Source: Gemmatimonadales bacterium (GTDB taxonomy: Bacteria > Gemmatimonadota > Gemmatimonadetes > Gemmatimonadales > GWC2-71-9). From it: a DNA stretch of 64,000 bases. Below are positions 1 through 10,004 of this stretch, one piece after another. Position 1 is the first letter of the stretch. Each line of letters opens with the position of its first letter. Location: NCBI GenBank assembly GCA_039794085.1, contig JBDIWC010000002.1:64001-128000 (forward strand), read 5' to 3'. Position numbers and translations under genes: made by a program. The notes under the pieces are model-generated. The model worked only from the letters and a program-made list of their open reading frames with translations. It was not told the origin of the DNA and searched no databases.

Positions 1-638
1 ACCGTTCCCACGTCCAGGGTATCCCGATACGCGACCCCGCGAAACTCCAGAATCGCATCGGTGGCCAGGGTGCTCGCCCCGGGAGCGACCACTCCCAGCA
101 CGGCGCCATCCGCGGTCACTCCCGACACCCGGAACTCGGGGTGGGCCCAGGTATTGGCGATGCTGGACCGGGGGCCCACTTCCGCCACAACGCCGAGAAG
201 CCCCTCGGGCACGAGGACGATGTCATATTGCCTTACGCCGTCCTCCCTCCCGACACTGAGGAGAAGGGTCCGTCCATCGGTGGGAACCGGCTGATGAAGC
301 ACCTCCGCTCCGACGAACCACATGCCGAGCCGCGGCCCGACGTCCAGCAGACGGCGCAGACGGTCATTCTCCTGCTGGAGGGCGGAACGGTCGAGGACAC
401 CCAGCGCGAGGGTGTCCCGGGCCGCCTCGAGGGCCTGGAACCGGCTCCGGCTGGTTCGTCCTTCCAGGGCGCGCTCCTGCAGCCAGACCACCGGACGGAG
501 GGCGGTGGCCCGCAGGGTATTGGCCAGCGATTGGGTGAGGGGTGTCGGGGTGGCGAGAGCGGCCCCGGAGAGCACAACACAACTCGTGAGGAGGAGAGTA
601 TCCCGGCGGGTGGGGGACCGATCGGGAAGATGCCGCAT
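1..638 (-). CDS. mreC: Rod shape-determining protein MreC (3' end outside window)
   Basis: Not in the ORF track because it is truncated. Manual translation from ATG 638 gives MRHLPDRSPTRRDTLLLTSCVVLSGAAL (N-terminal membrane segment) and later VLVPEGLLGVVAEVGPRSS. It lies directly downstream of mreB. Confidence 0.85.
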   Translation of the reverse strand, partial: MRHLPDRSPTRRDTLLLTSCVVLSGAALATPTPLTQSLANTLRATALRPVVWLQERALEGRTSRSRFQALEAARDTLALGVLDRSALQQENDRLRRLLDVGPRLGMWFVGAEVLHQPVPTDGRTLLLSVGREDGVRQYDIVLVPEGLLGVVAEVGPRSSIANTWAHPEFRVSGVTADGAVLGVVAPGASTLATDAILEFRGVAYRDTLDVGT

Positions 639-642
639 GGCG

Positions 643-1680
643 TCAGCTGTAGAGCACGTTGCGGTACTTCTCGAAGTCGTCGAGGATCCGTCCGGTGCCG
701 CGCACCACGCAGGTCAGGGGATCCTCATCCACATGGATGGGGAGCCCCGTTTCCTGGGACAGCAGCAGATCGAGCCCCCGGATCAGAGCCCCTCCCCCTG
801 TCATGATGATTCCGCGGTCCACGATGTCACTCGACAGTTCCGGGGGAGTGATCTCAAGCGCTCGCCGCACGGCGTCCACGATCTGCTGTACCGGCTCCTG
901 GACCGCCTCGCGGATTTCGCTGGAGTGCACCCGGACGGTTTTGGGAATGCCGCTCACCAGATCCCGGCCCTTGACCTCCATCTCCCGCTCGTCTCCCGAA
1001 GGAAAGGCCGATCCGATCTTGATCTTGATCGCTTCCGCCGTGGGTTCCCCGACGAGGAGGTTGTAGTTCTTCCGCATGAACTGCACGATCGCCTGATCCA
1101 GCTCGTCACCTCCGATGCGGATCGAGGTGTCGGACACAATCCCGGACAGGGCAATGACCGCAATCTCCGTGGTTCCGCCCCCGATGTCGATGACCATGTT
1201 GCCCGTGGGCGTCTCGACCGGGAGACCGACACCGATGGCGGCGGCCATCGGTTCGGCCACCATCAGCACCTGCTTGGCTCCCGCGGTTTCCGCGGAATCC
1301 CTCACGGCCCGGCGCTCGACCTCGGTGATCCCGGACGGTACGCAGACGATGACTTTCGGTTTGACCCGGAAGAAATGCTTGTCGATGATCGTCTTGAGAA
1401 AATACCGGAGCATCTTCTCGGTCACATCGAAATCGGCGATCACTCCGTCCTTGAGGGGACGCACCGCGATGATCCCGTCGGGCGTCCGGCCGAGCATGCG
1501 CTTGGCCTCCAGACCAATCCCCTTGATCCGTCCGGTGGACCGCTCCAGCGCCACGACGGAGGGCTCGTTGAGCACGATACCCTCCCCCTTGACGTAGATC
1601 AGGGTGTTGGCTGTGCCGAGGTCCACCGCGATTTCATTCGCCGGCAGCCAGGCACCCATGTTGAACAGCGGAAATTTCAT
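643..1680 (-). CDS. mreB: Rod shape-determining protein MreB
   Basis: IAVDLGTANT, DIGGGTTE and MTGGGAL actin-like ATPase motifs. Start re-picked at ATG 1680 (MKFPLF). Confidence 0.97.
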   Translation of the reverse strand: MKFPLFNMGAWLPANEIAVDLGTANTLIYVKGEGIVLNEPSVVALERSTGRIKGIGLEAKRMLGRTPDGIIAVRPLKDGVIADFDVTEKMLRYFLKTIIDKHFFRVKPKVIVCVPSGITEVERRAVRDSAETAGAKQVLMVAEPMAAAIGVGLPVETPTGNMVIDIGGGTTEIAVIALSGIVSDTSIRIGGDELDQAIVQFMRKNYNLLVGEPTAEAIKIKIGSAFPSGDEREMEVKGRDLVSGIPKTVRVHSSEIREAVQEPVQQIVDAVRRALEITPPELSSDIVDRGIIMTGGGALIRGLDLLLSQETGLPIHVDEDPLTCVVRGTGRILDDFEKYRNVLYS

Positions 1681-1865
1681 CAACGGACCGGGGGACTCAA
1701 GATGGACTGCGCGCAGGGCTGAACACGAGCCCGCAAATCGTACTGGCACCTGACCCGAATGCCCCCGTCCACTGGCATGACGGTTGTGCGATTTCCCATG
1801 GAGTCCCTAAGGTAGTGGCCGCCATGAACTTCAACAAGGGCGTCGCGCCAACGCGACACCGAGCT

Positions 1866-2303
1866 TCATACACCTGTGCTCCCGAACCCTCCGGCCCCCC
1901 GGACGGTTCCCGGGAGTTCCTGAACCTCTCGAAAGGCGGCCACCTCCACCCGGGCCACGATCGCCTGGGCGATCCGCATGCCACGTTGGACCTCGAACGG
2001 TTCCTGGCCCAGATTGACCAGGGCCACCCGAAGCTCCCCACGATAGTCGCTGTCGATCGTGGCCGGGGCATTGGGGAGCCCCAGCCCATGCTTCAGGGCC
2101 AGCCCGGACCGCGGCCGGATCTGGATCTCGAACCCCGGGGGTACGGCCACAGCGAAGCCGGTTCCCACCAGACGCCGCTCCATCGGGTGGAGGACAACGA
2201 CCTCCGCGCTGGCCAGATCGTACCCCGCGGCTCCCTCGGTGGCGCGCGTCGGCAGGGGAAGTCCCTCGCCGTGGGGGAGCCGGGTGATGAGGATTTCTGG
2301 CAT
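1866..2303 (-). CDS. dut: dUTP diphosphatase
   Basis: [23 protein letters not shown] and [10 protein letters not shown] motifs. Confidence 0.97.
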   Translation of the reverse strand: MPEILITRLPHGEGLPLPTRATEGAAGYDLASAEVVVLHPMERRLVGTGFAVAVPPGFEIQIRPRSGLALKHGLGLPNAPATIDSDYRGELRVALVNLGQEPFEVQRGMRIAQAIVARVEVAAFREVQELPGTVRGAGGFGSTGV

Positions 2304-2310
2304 GGCCGGG

Positions 2311-3423
2311 TCAGCAGACCGAAGTGGCATCCACCAGCGGGAGTCCGAAAGCTTCCGCCACTCCGGGGTAGACCACCTTCCCCTCCACGACGTTCAGGCC
2401 GAGCCGGAGGGCCGGATCCTCCCGGCAGGCAGTCTTCCATCCCAGGCGGGCCAACCGGAGCCCGTAGTTCAGGGTGGCATTGGTGAGGGCCAGCGTGGAG
2501 GTGCGGGGAACGGCCCCGGGCATGTTGGCGACGCCATAGTGCAGGACTCCGTCGACGAAATAGACCGGATCCTCATGGGTCGTGGGACGGATGGTCTCCA
2601 CGCACCCGCCCTGGTCCACCGCCACATCCACGATCACGGCGCCCGCCTTCATGACGCTCAGGTCCGCCCGGGTGACGAGATTGGGCGCCTTGGCACCCGG
2701 CAGGAGGACGGCCCCCACCACCAGGTCAGCCCGGGTGAGGGCATCCAGAATGTTGTAGCGGTTGGAGTACACGGTCCGGACGTTGGCGGGGAGGACGTCA
2801 GAGAGGTAGCGGAGCCGGTCGAGGGAGACGTCGAGAATCGTGACCGTGGCGCCGAGCCCGGCGGCCATCTTGGCGGCGTTGATGCCGACGACTCCTCCCC
2901 CGATGATGAGCACCTCCGCCGGCGCCACGCCGGGCACACCCCCGAGGAGCACACCCCGGCCTCCGTAGACCTTCTCCAGGTACTTGGCGCCTTCCTGGAC
3001 CGCCATCCGACCGGCCACCTCCGACATCGGGGTCAAGAGGGGTAGCTCTCCGTGCGGAAGCTGCACGGTTTCATAGGCCACGGCAATCGCGCCGGAGTCG
3101 ATGACCGCCCGCGTGAGCTCCTCGGCGGCGGCGAAGTGGAAGTAGGTGTAAATGATCTGCCCGGCCCGCATGTGGGGCCACTCCGTGGCGATCGGCTCCT
3201 TCACCTTCATGATCATCTCGGCCTTGTTCCACACCTCCGCCGCCGCGGGCTCCAGACGCGCTCCCGCCTGTTGATAGTCCGAGTCCGCGAACCCGCTCCC
3301 CTCCCCCGCCCCCGCCTCGACATACACCGTATTCCCCGCCCCCACCAGAATTTCCACGCCGGCGGGCACGAGGGCCACCCGGTTTTCATTGGTCTTGATT
3401 TCCCGCGGCACGCCGATGATCAT
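2311..3423 (-). CDS. ald: Alanine dehydrogenase
   Basis: [39 protein letters not shown] and [13 protein letters not shown]. Confidence 0.96.
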   Translation of the reverse strand: MIIGVPREIKTNENRVALVPAGVEILVGAGNTVYVEAGAGEGSGFADSDYQQAGARLEPAAAEVWNKAEMIMKVKEPIATEWPHMRAGQIIYTYFHFAAAEELTRAVIDSGAIAVAYETVQLPHGELPLLTPMSEVAGRMAVQEGAKYLEKVYGGRGVLLGGVPGVAPAEVLIIGGGVVGINAAKMAAGLGATVTILDVSLDRLRYLSDVLPANVRTVYSNRYNILDALTRADLVVGAVLLPGAKAPNLVTRADLSVMKAGAVIVDVAVDQGGCVETIRPTTHEDPVYFVDGVLHYGVANMPGAVPRTSTLALTNATLNYGLRLARLGWKTACREDPALRLGLNVVEGKVVYPGVAEAFGLPLVDATSVC

Positions 3424-3454
3424 GTGGATCTCGTCTGGCAAAGGTCGATGGGGG

Positions 3455-4708
3455 TCAGGGGCCCAGGCGCACGACGGTTTGCCGTGCCGGGGCGAGGAAC
3501 TCCGCCGCCACCCCGGCCACGTCGGCCTCGGTGACGGCGTCAATATCGGCGAGCACCCGGGAGAGTGGTCGCCAGATGTCCTGGTGCAGTTCGGTGGAGG
3601 CCATCCGATGCATCCGGCTCGCGGGGCTCTCGAGCGACAGCATGAGTTGGCCCTTCAATTGACGCTTGCCATCGGCCAGTTCCCCGGCCGGAATGCCCTC
3701 CGAGGCCACGCGCGCCAGTTCCGCCAGGATCGCGTCGCGTGCCGCGTCCGCCGTCTCGGGCCGGGTGCCGACGTACACACCGAACACGCCGGTCGCCTGG
3801 TAGAGGTGCTGCCAGGCGTAGACGGCATAGGCCAGTCCCAGTTCCTCGCGCACCCGCTGGAAGAGGCGGCTCGACATGCCTCCCCCCAGGAGATTGACGG
3901 CCACGGCCAGGGCGTAGCGCCGGGGATCCCGGGCCGTGATCGTGTCGGACCCGATCACCATGTGCACCTGGGTCGTGTCGCGGGACTCCTCGTGCACGGC
4001 ACCCCGCACGGCAGGAGCCCCGACGATCGGTGCGCGGGGAGGCTGCCGGGCCGGATCAGGGGCGAACCATCCCTCGCGATCCAATGCCGCAAGCAGCACT
4101 TCGGGCTCGAGGTGTCCGGCCGCCGCAATCACACAGTTGCCGAGGTGGTATCCGGTCTGATGGTGGGACGCGAGATCTTCGGCGGTGAGGCCCCGAACGG
4201 TCTCGGGTGTTCCCAGAATCGAGAAACCATACGGGTGGGTGGGCCACAGGGCCCGGGCATGGAGGTCGAACACCAGATCGTCCGGGGTGTCGAGCACCCC
4301 GTGGATCTCCTCCAGGACGACGTTCCTTTCCAGCGCCAAGTCGCTCTCGCGGAGGAGGGGATGCATGACGAGATCGGAGAGGATATCCACCGCCAGGGGG
4401 AGATCCTCGTCGAGCACATGCGCTTGAAAGGAGGTGTGATCCCTCGAGGTCCAGGCGTCGAGACTCCCGCCCCGCACCTCCAGGGCCAGGGCCAGATCCC
4501 GGGCCGACCGGCGACGGGTGCCCTTGAACACCATGTGCTCCAGCAGATGGGACACCCCCATGGCCCCGGGGGACTCATGGGCACTCGCGGTCCGCACCCA
4601 GACACCCACCACGGCGGATCGCACTGCGGGGAGCACCTCGACCAGCACCCGCACCCCGTTGGGTGCCGTGTACCGGACGAGGCCCTCATCCAACGTCTCA
4701 ACCTGCAT
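3455..4708 (-). CDS. M16 (pitrilysin-family) zinc peptidase
   Basis: Inverted zinc motif HLLEH and [20 protein letters not shown]. Typical position downstream of pnp. Confidence 0.93.
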   Translation of the reverse strand: MQVETLDEGLVRYTAPNGVRVLVEVLPAVRSAVVGVWVRTASAHESPGAMGVSHLLEHMVFKGTRRRSARDLALALEVRGGSLDAWTSRDHTSFQAHVLDEDLPLAVDILSDLVMHPLLRESDLALERNVVLEEIHGVLDTPDDLVFDLHARALWPTHPYGFSILGTPETVRGLTAEDLASHHQTGYHLGNCVIAAAGHLEPEVLLAALDREGWFAPDPARQPPRAPIVGAPAVRGAVHEESRDTTQVHMVIGSDTITARDPRRYALAVAVNLLGGGMSSRLFQRVREELGLAYAVYAWQHLYQATGVFGVYVGTRPETADAARDAILAELARVASEGIPAGELADGKRQLKGQLMLSLESPASRMHRMASTELHQDIWRPLSRVLADIDAVTEADVAGVAAEFLAPARQTVVRLGP

Positions 4709-4710
4709 GG

Positions 4711-6792
4711 TTACTCCTTCGGGAGCAACGCCTTGCGGGAGAGACGCATCCGGCCCCGCTCGTCGACCTCGAGGAGCTTCACCTTGACGATGTCGCCCTT
4801 TTTCACCACATCCTCGGTCTTCTCGGTCCGGGCATGCTGCAGTTCGCTGATGTGGAGGAGGCCTTCCACCCCGGGAATGATCTCCACGAAGGCCCCGAAG
4901 GCGGTCGTGCTCTTGACCGGGCCCTCGTACACGCGGCCGATCTCCGGCTCCGCCACGATGGCCTGGATCATGTCCCGGGCCTTGGCCCCTGCCTCACCCC
5001 CGACAGCCGCCACGGTGATGATCCCGGAATCGTCGACCGAGATCTTGGCGCCGGTGGCATCCTGGATTCCGCGAATCGTCTTGCCCTTGGGACCGATGAT
5101 GTCCCCGATCTTGTCGGGCTTGATCTGGATCGTGAAGATCCGCGGGGCGTAGGGGGAGAGCTCGGCCCGGGGCTCGGCGAGCACCTTGGTCATTTCGCCG
5201 AGAATGTGGAGCCGGCCCACCCGGGCCCGGTCCAGCGCATCCGACATGATCGCCAGATCGAGGCCCTCGATCTTGATGTCCATTTGAATCGAGGTGATCC
5301 CGTCCTTCGTTCCGGCCACCTTGAAGTCCATGTCGCCAAGATGGTCCTCGCTCCCCAGAATGTCGGTGAGGATCGCCATCTTCTTTCCCTCCTTGATCAA
5401 CCCCATCGCCACACCGGCGCAGGGGGCCTTGAGGGGAACCCCGGCATCCATCATCGCCAGGGCGCCACCACAGACGCTCGCCATCGAGGAGGATCCGTTC
5501 GACTCGAGAATCTCGGAGACGATCCGGAGGGTGTAGGGGAAGGAGTCGAAGTCGGGCAGCAGCGGCTGCAGGGCCCGTTCGGCCAGGGCGCCGTGGCCGA
5601 TCTCGCGGCGGCTCGTCCCCCGCATCATCCGCACCTCGCCAGTGCAGTAGGGGGGGAAGTTGTAGTGCAACATGAACGACTTGGAGGTTTCGCTCGCCAC
5701 GTCGATGCTGTCGATCCGCTGTTCGTCGTCGGAGGTACCGAGTGTCACGGCGACCAACGCCTGGGTCTCGCCCCGGGTGAACAAGGTCGATCCATGCGCC
5801 CGCGGGAGAAGGCCGGTTTCGATGGTGATGGGGCGGACCGTGTCGCAATCGCGGCCATCCACCCGCTCCCCCTTGTCCAGCACCTGAGCCCGCATGACGC
5901 GGTACTCAATCTCCTCGATCTCCTGGCTGATCTCCTTGCCGCGATCCGGGAACTCAGCCGCCAGGGCCTCCTTCACCTCGCGCTTGACCTGGGCCAGACC
6001 GGCACTCCTCCCGGCCTTGTCCTTGGCGTTGATCGCCTTGGCCATCGCCTTCTCGGTCAGGGCCGTGACTCGGCTCACCAGCGCCTCATCCCGGGCGGGA
6101 GGCGTCCATTCCATCTTCGGGCGGGCGGCCTGCCCGATCAGGCGTCCGGTGATCGCCACCAGGTCGCGGATCCCCTGCTGTGCCACCTTCAAGGCCTCGA
6201 CCATCTCCGCCTCGGAGACCTCGAGCGAGCCTCCCTCGACCATCACGATCGAGTCGGCCGTTCCACTCACGACCAGATCGATGGTGGAAAACTCGAGCTG
6301 CTGGAAGGTGGGATTCAGGATCCAGTTCCCGTCCACGCGACCCACCCGCACCGCGGCCAGGGGCCCCTTCCAGGGCACCTTCGAGAGGGCGAGCGCCGTC
6401 GCGGCCGCCGTGGCCCCGATCACATCGGCGTCGTTTTCCTGGTCGGCCGAGATGACGGTGACGAAGACCTGGATCTCGTTCTTGAACCCCTCGGGAAAGA
6501 GGGGCCGAATCGAGCGGTCGATCAGGCGGCAGGCGAGGGTTTCCTTGTCGGAGAGCCGGCCTTCCCGCTTGATGAAGCCGCCGGGAAACTTGCCCGCCGC
6601 GTAGGTCTTTTCCCGATACTCGACTGTGAGGGGGAAGAACGGGAGGGTGGAGAGGTTGGGCGAGACCGTCACGGCCGCGAGGACCATCGTGTCCCCGTAC
6701 CGGATCAGCACGGAGCCCGCCGCCTGCTTGGCCATCCGCCCGGTCTCGAGCGTCAGGGTCCGTCCGGCGAAATCAGTTTCAATCTTGTGCAC
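4711..6792 (-). CDS. pnp: Polyribonucleotide nucleotidyltransferase (PNPase)
   Basis: FFPLTVEYRE, RREIGHG, SNGSSSMASVC and GDMDFKVAGT, with C-terminal KH and S1 domains. Confidence 0.98.
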   Translation of the reverse strand: MHKIETDFAGRTLTLETGRMAKQAAGSVLIRYGDTMVLAAVTVSPNLSTLPFFPLTVEYREKTYAAGKFPGGFIKREGRLSDKETLACRLIDRSIRPLFPEGFKNEIQVFVTVISADQENDADVIGATAAATALALSKVPWKGPLAAVRVGRVDGNWILNPTFQQLEFSTIDLVVSGTADSIVMVEGGSLEVSEAEMVEALKVAQQGIRDLVAITGRLIGQAARPKMEWTPPARDEALVSRVTALTEKAMAKAINAKDKAGRSAGLAQVKREVKEALAAEFPDRGKEISQEIEEIEYRVMRAQVLDKGERVDGRDCDTVRPITIETGLLPRAHGSTLFTRGETQALVAVTLGTSDDEQRIDSIDVASETSKSFMLHYNFPPYCTGEVRMMRGTSRREIGHGALAERALQPLLPDFDSFPYTLRIVSEILESNGSSSMASVCGGALAMMDAGVPLKAPCAGVAMGLIKEGKKMAILTDILGSEDHLGDMDFKVAGTKDGITSIQMDIKIEGLDLAIMSDALDRARVGRLHILGEMTKVLAEPRAELSPYAPRIFTIQIKPDKIGDIIGPKGKTIRGIQDATGAKISVDDSGIITVAAVGGEAGAKARDMIQAIVAEPEIGRVYEGPVKSTTAFGAFVEIIPGVEGLLHISELQHARTEKTEDVVKKGDIVKVKLLEVDERGRMRLSRKALLPKE

Positions 6793-6819
6793 GTGTGTGT
6801 CCCAATTTGGAAGGAAGAC

Positions 6820-6860
6820 GCCAATACAACGATGGCGCCCCCAGAGTGGGACGCCATCGC
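6820..6860 (-). terminator. Hairpin between rpsO and pnp (terminator or processing stem)
   Basis: Minus strand reads GCGATGGCGTCCCA-CTCT-GGGGGCGCCATCGT followed by TGTATT. Confidence 0.55.
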
Positions 6861-6873
6861 AGAACCGCCGCGG

Positions 6874-7134
6874 CTAGTGCCGGAGGCCCAGCTCGGCGAT
6901 CAGGGCACGGTACCCCTCGAGGTCCGTGCGCTTGTAGTAGGTCAGCAACCGCCGACGGGATCCCACCATCTTGAGCAGACCGCGGCGCCCGTGGTGATCC
7001 TTGGCGTGGGTCCGGAAGTGGTCGGTGAGGGAGTTGATCCGTTCGGTGAGGAGCGAAACCTGGACCCGGGTGGACCCGGTGTCGGTTTCATGCATGCGAT
7101 GCTTCTCGACCACGGCCTGCTTGTTGTACGTCAT
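6874..7134 (-). CDS. rpsO: 30S ribosomal protein S15
   Basis: [13 protein letters not shown] and [23 protein letters not shown] 7134 follows GAGGAAAG. Confidence 0.97.
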   Translation of the reverse strand: MTYNKQAVVEKHRMHETDTGSTRVQVSLLTERINSLTDHFRTHAKDHHGRRGLLKMVGSRRRLLTYYKRTDLEGYRALIAELGLRH

Positions 7135-7198
7135 TGCTTTCCTCGGCTGGCCCGGACGGGCCTTCATCGTTTGATACCGTAATCATCTATAGCATTTC

Positions 7199-7228
7199 AA
7201 TATAGCTTCTGTCCGGTCGGGAAATCAA
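7199..7228 (-). promoter_or_regulatory. Putative sigma70 promoter of rpsO-pnp
   Basis: Minus strand TTGATT (7228-7223), 18-nt spacer, TATATT (7204-7199). Confidence 0.6.
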
Positions 7229-7485
7229 CTCCTGATCCGATGACCGGCGGACCGACCTTGTCCATCTTTCCCCGAGAGCCCGGGTCCGCCCGAGAGAAGC
7301 CTGAGAATCTGCCACTCAGGGAGAGCAAGATCACCGGACCAGTTCCCCTGGACCGGGCTCGAGAAGTACTGGATATACAACATCAGGTGGTAGGTACTAT
7401 GATATTATCCTACAAGTTGTTATGGCTGATTGGCAAAGGTGTCACGAACCAGCTGAATCGCTGACTCTGTTGCCCCGGTCGGCAC

Positions 7486-7509
7486 GGGCGACGCACGCGT
7501 CGCCCCTAC
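7486..7509 (-). repeat. GTAG-type REP palindrome
   Basis: Minus strand GTAG-GGGCGACGCGTGCGTCGCCC: a GTAG head followed by a GC-rich imperfect palindrome. Confidence 0.7.
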
Positions 7510-7519
7510 ACGGAGATCC

Positions 7520-8761
7520 CTACTCCCTGCTCCCTGCTCCCAGCCGATACATCCGGACCCACTCCAGGTCGTCCTCGTCCTGCCAGACGCCGAGAATCCA
7601 GTCGGATCCGACGTCCATGGTGCGGAAGCGGGGGGGGAGACGGACTTCTCCGAGGACCCTCCCGTCCCCGTCGAAGACAACATGAATCCGCGGCATCGTG
7701 TCGAGAGCGGCGTAGCGCTCCACCCAGAGGGTCCCGTCCGAGGCCCGTTTCAGGCCCTGCATCACCGGTTCCAGGTCGGGCACCGGCCAATTATCCCAGG
7801 CGGTGGCGATCCGCTCCCGCTGGGGACCGGGATCCGTGGCCTCGATACGCGCCTCCTTCATCGCCGCATACAGGTCCGGGGGAAAGGCCCTGGTGGGCTC
7901 GTCCATCCGGATCAGCCCGGCGAGTGAACCATCCCGTCTCCGGCCCTCGATTTCCCAGCGATCCGAACTCATGGCCCAGATCAGGGAATCGGCCACGACG
8001 GCCTGCGCCATCCGCCGCACCGGGAGCGACATGATTTCGACGGTCCGGATCCGGCTGCCTTCCATGCTGATGGAGAGGAAGGATTCCCCGGCGGGAAGGG
8101 TCGTCAGCGTGTCGACCGGACCGGGAGGGCCCTGGAGAAGTGCAAATCGCGTGGTGTCCCTGATCACACCGGACTGTGGGATGGAGTTGCCACCGAAACT
8201 CAATCCGCCCGGCCGCACCAGCCAGGTGTTGTCCCCCGCATGCGCCAGCACGGTCCGTCGACCACCTCCGCCCGCCTCCCCGGCAAAGGACACCTCGCGG
8301 GCCAGGCCGGTCGTGGTAAAGATGCTCAGACGTGCGTGGGATCCATCCCAGACACCGAAGGAGTCCGCCGGAAGCGGGACGAGCGACACCATCCCCTCGA
8401 ACTCGCCCGGGCCCCCGCCCTTCCGGCCGAAGGTGGCCCGCCGGGTTCCATCGGCGTCGAAGATCGCGATCGTGCTGGTTCCGGCACTCGCCACCACAAG
8501 GCTCCCGTCCGACAGCCGGTGCGCCCCGACGATCCGGAGGAGTTCCCCCTCCCCGGTGACCGGGGCGATCTCCACCAAGGGAATCTCGTCAATCTCCCGC
8601 CAGACGACCCCTCCAGCGCTTCCGTTGTCCACAATGCGGATGCCGGCACTGTCCCGGATCTCGGTGCGGAGCGCGGGGTCATGGCCCGAGCCGGCGGATC
8701 CGCCACAAGCGGCGAGGGTGACGCCGAGCAGGAGTCCGGGAGTGCGCGCACACGAATGCAT
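7520..8761 (-). CDS. Hypothetical lipoprotein, probable beta-propeller (6-bladed/NHL-like)
   Basis: Lipobox LLLGVTLAA-C after ATG 8761, FGRKGGGPGEF motif and beta-rich repeats (DGSLVVAS, DGTLWVER, VVFDGDG). Confidence 0.75.
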   Translation of the reverse strand: MHSCARTPGLLLGVTLAACGGSAGSGHDPALRTEIRDSAGIRIVDNGSAGGVVWREIDEIPLVEIAPVTGEGELLRIVGAHRLSDGSLVVASAGTSTIAIFDADGTRRATFGRKGGGPGEFEGMVSLVPLPADSFGVWDGSHARLSIFTTTGLAREVSFAGEAGGGGRRTVLAHAGDNTWLVRPGGLSFGGNSIPQSGVIRDTTRFALLQGPPGPVDTLTTLPAGESFLSISMEGSRIRTVEIMSLPVRRMAQAVVADSLIWAMSSDRWEIEGRRRDGSLAGLIRMDEPTRAFPPDLYAAMKEARIEATDPGPQRERIATAWDNWPVPDLEPVMQGLKRASDGTLWVERYAALDTMPRIHVVFDGDGRVLGEVRLPPRFRTMDVGSDWILGVWQDEDDLEWVRMYRLGAGSRE

Positions 8762-8874
8762 TGAGCGGCCCTTTCGTTGGGATACCGGCGGTTCAGGGTG
8801 GCAAGCCCGGGTGAGTAGATCGGAATATGCCTCAACCGGGGTTCGATGGCCAGTCCCCCGGCGGAGTCGCGAAG

Positions 8875-9995
8875 AAGAGGTGAGGGTCACTCCCCTTCAG
8901 CCGCCCCAAGAAGGGGTCACGCGAAGCCGCGAAGAGTGCCAATCCGCTCCCCGCCACCCAATAGTGATGGTGACGGGGTCGGGAGGGGCGTTTCGTGTGT
9001 TTTCGTGCTTTTCGTGGTTCCGATTCGCTGGCGCAGGGTTCCACGGCGCGACTCTCGGCGCAACGCGGGAGGGTCATTCCCCCGCCCACAACCCCAAACG
9101 GGGTCACGCGAAGACGCGAAGGGGGGGAAAACGCGGACATCGTCATCGGGCCGGAATCCGGAATGGGCTCGCACGAAGACACGAAGACACGAAGGGGTGG
9201 GCATCGACGGGATCATCGTGAACTTCCACTCCTCTCCCCTCACTTTTCGGAAGAGTTCACACGAAGGCACGAAGGACACGAAGCCCCCCCCAGCCACCAA
9301 TTGTGTGATGGTGGTGAGTGTCGGGAGGGGCCTTTCGTGCGTTTTCGTGTCTTTCGTGGTTCCCATTCAGCACGAGCCGGGCTCTGCACGACTCTGCCCG
9401 GTGAGCAAGGGAGGTCACTCCCCGCCCACAACCCAGACGGGGTCACGCGAAGACGCGAAGAGTGCCAAGCCACTCCCCACCACCAACGTGGTGGTGGGGA
9501 TGAGGTCGAAGGGTCTTTCGTGTATTTTCGTGTCTTTCGTGGTTCCCATTCAGCACGAGCCGGGCTCTGCACGACTCTGCCCGGTGAGCAAGGGAGGTCA
9601 CTCCCCGCCCACAACCCAGACGGGGTAACGCGAAGCCGCGAATGGGGGGGGGACGCGGACACCGTCATCGGGCCGGAATCCGGAATGGACTCGCACGAAG
9701 GCACGAAGGCACGAAGGGGTGGGCATCGCCGGGATCCTCGTGAATTTCCCCTCACTTCTCGGAAGAGCTCACGCGAAGCCGCGAAGAGTGCCAAGCCACT
9801 CCCCACCACCAGATTGGCGATGACGGTGACGTCCGGACGCTCCCTTTCGTGCATTTTCGTGTATTTCGTGGTTCCAATCCAATCCAGCCGGACTCCGCAC
9901 GACTCGGATCCCGGGTAGGCGGCCGGATCACCCCTTCCCACTTCCCCACAAGGAAGCACACGAAGACACGAAGGACACGAAGCCCCCCCCGCGTG
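8875..9995. repeat. Non-coding mosaic repeat array (A-B-A-A-B-A plus partial units)
   Basis: A units of 183-187 bp at 8917, 9257, 9443 and 9769. B units of 153 and 143 bp at 9104 and 9626. Segment 9342-9443 is identical to 9525-9626. Recurrent CACGAAG/CGCGAAG motifs and inverted TTTCGTG triplets. Confidence 0.92.
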
Positions 9996-10004
9996 CCACC
10001 GCCC

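Noticed and set aside
1784..1801. Second Rex box upstream of mreB (TTGTGCGATTTCCCATGG)
   Set aside because: Only the left TTGTG half matches and the right half is poor.
7240..7464. 74-aa plus-strand ORF upstream of rpsO
   Set aside because: It has no recognisable motif, uses atypical AT-rich codons and has no clear ribosome-binding site, so it cannot be supported as a gene.
8832..9961. ORFs in several frames across the repeat array
   Set aside because: They overlap on both strands, merely translate the DNA repeats and have no recognisable domain or ribosome-binding site.
8875..9995. CRISPR array
   Set aside because: Units are 143-187 bp, the intervening sequences are homologous to each other rather than unique spacers, and no cas genes are present.
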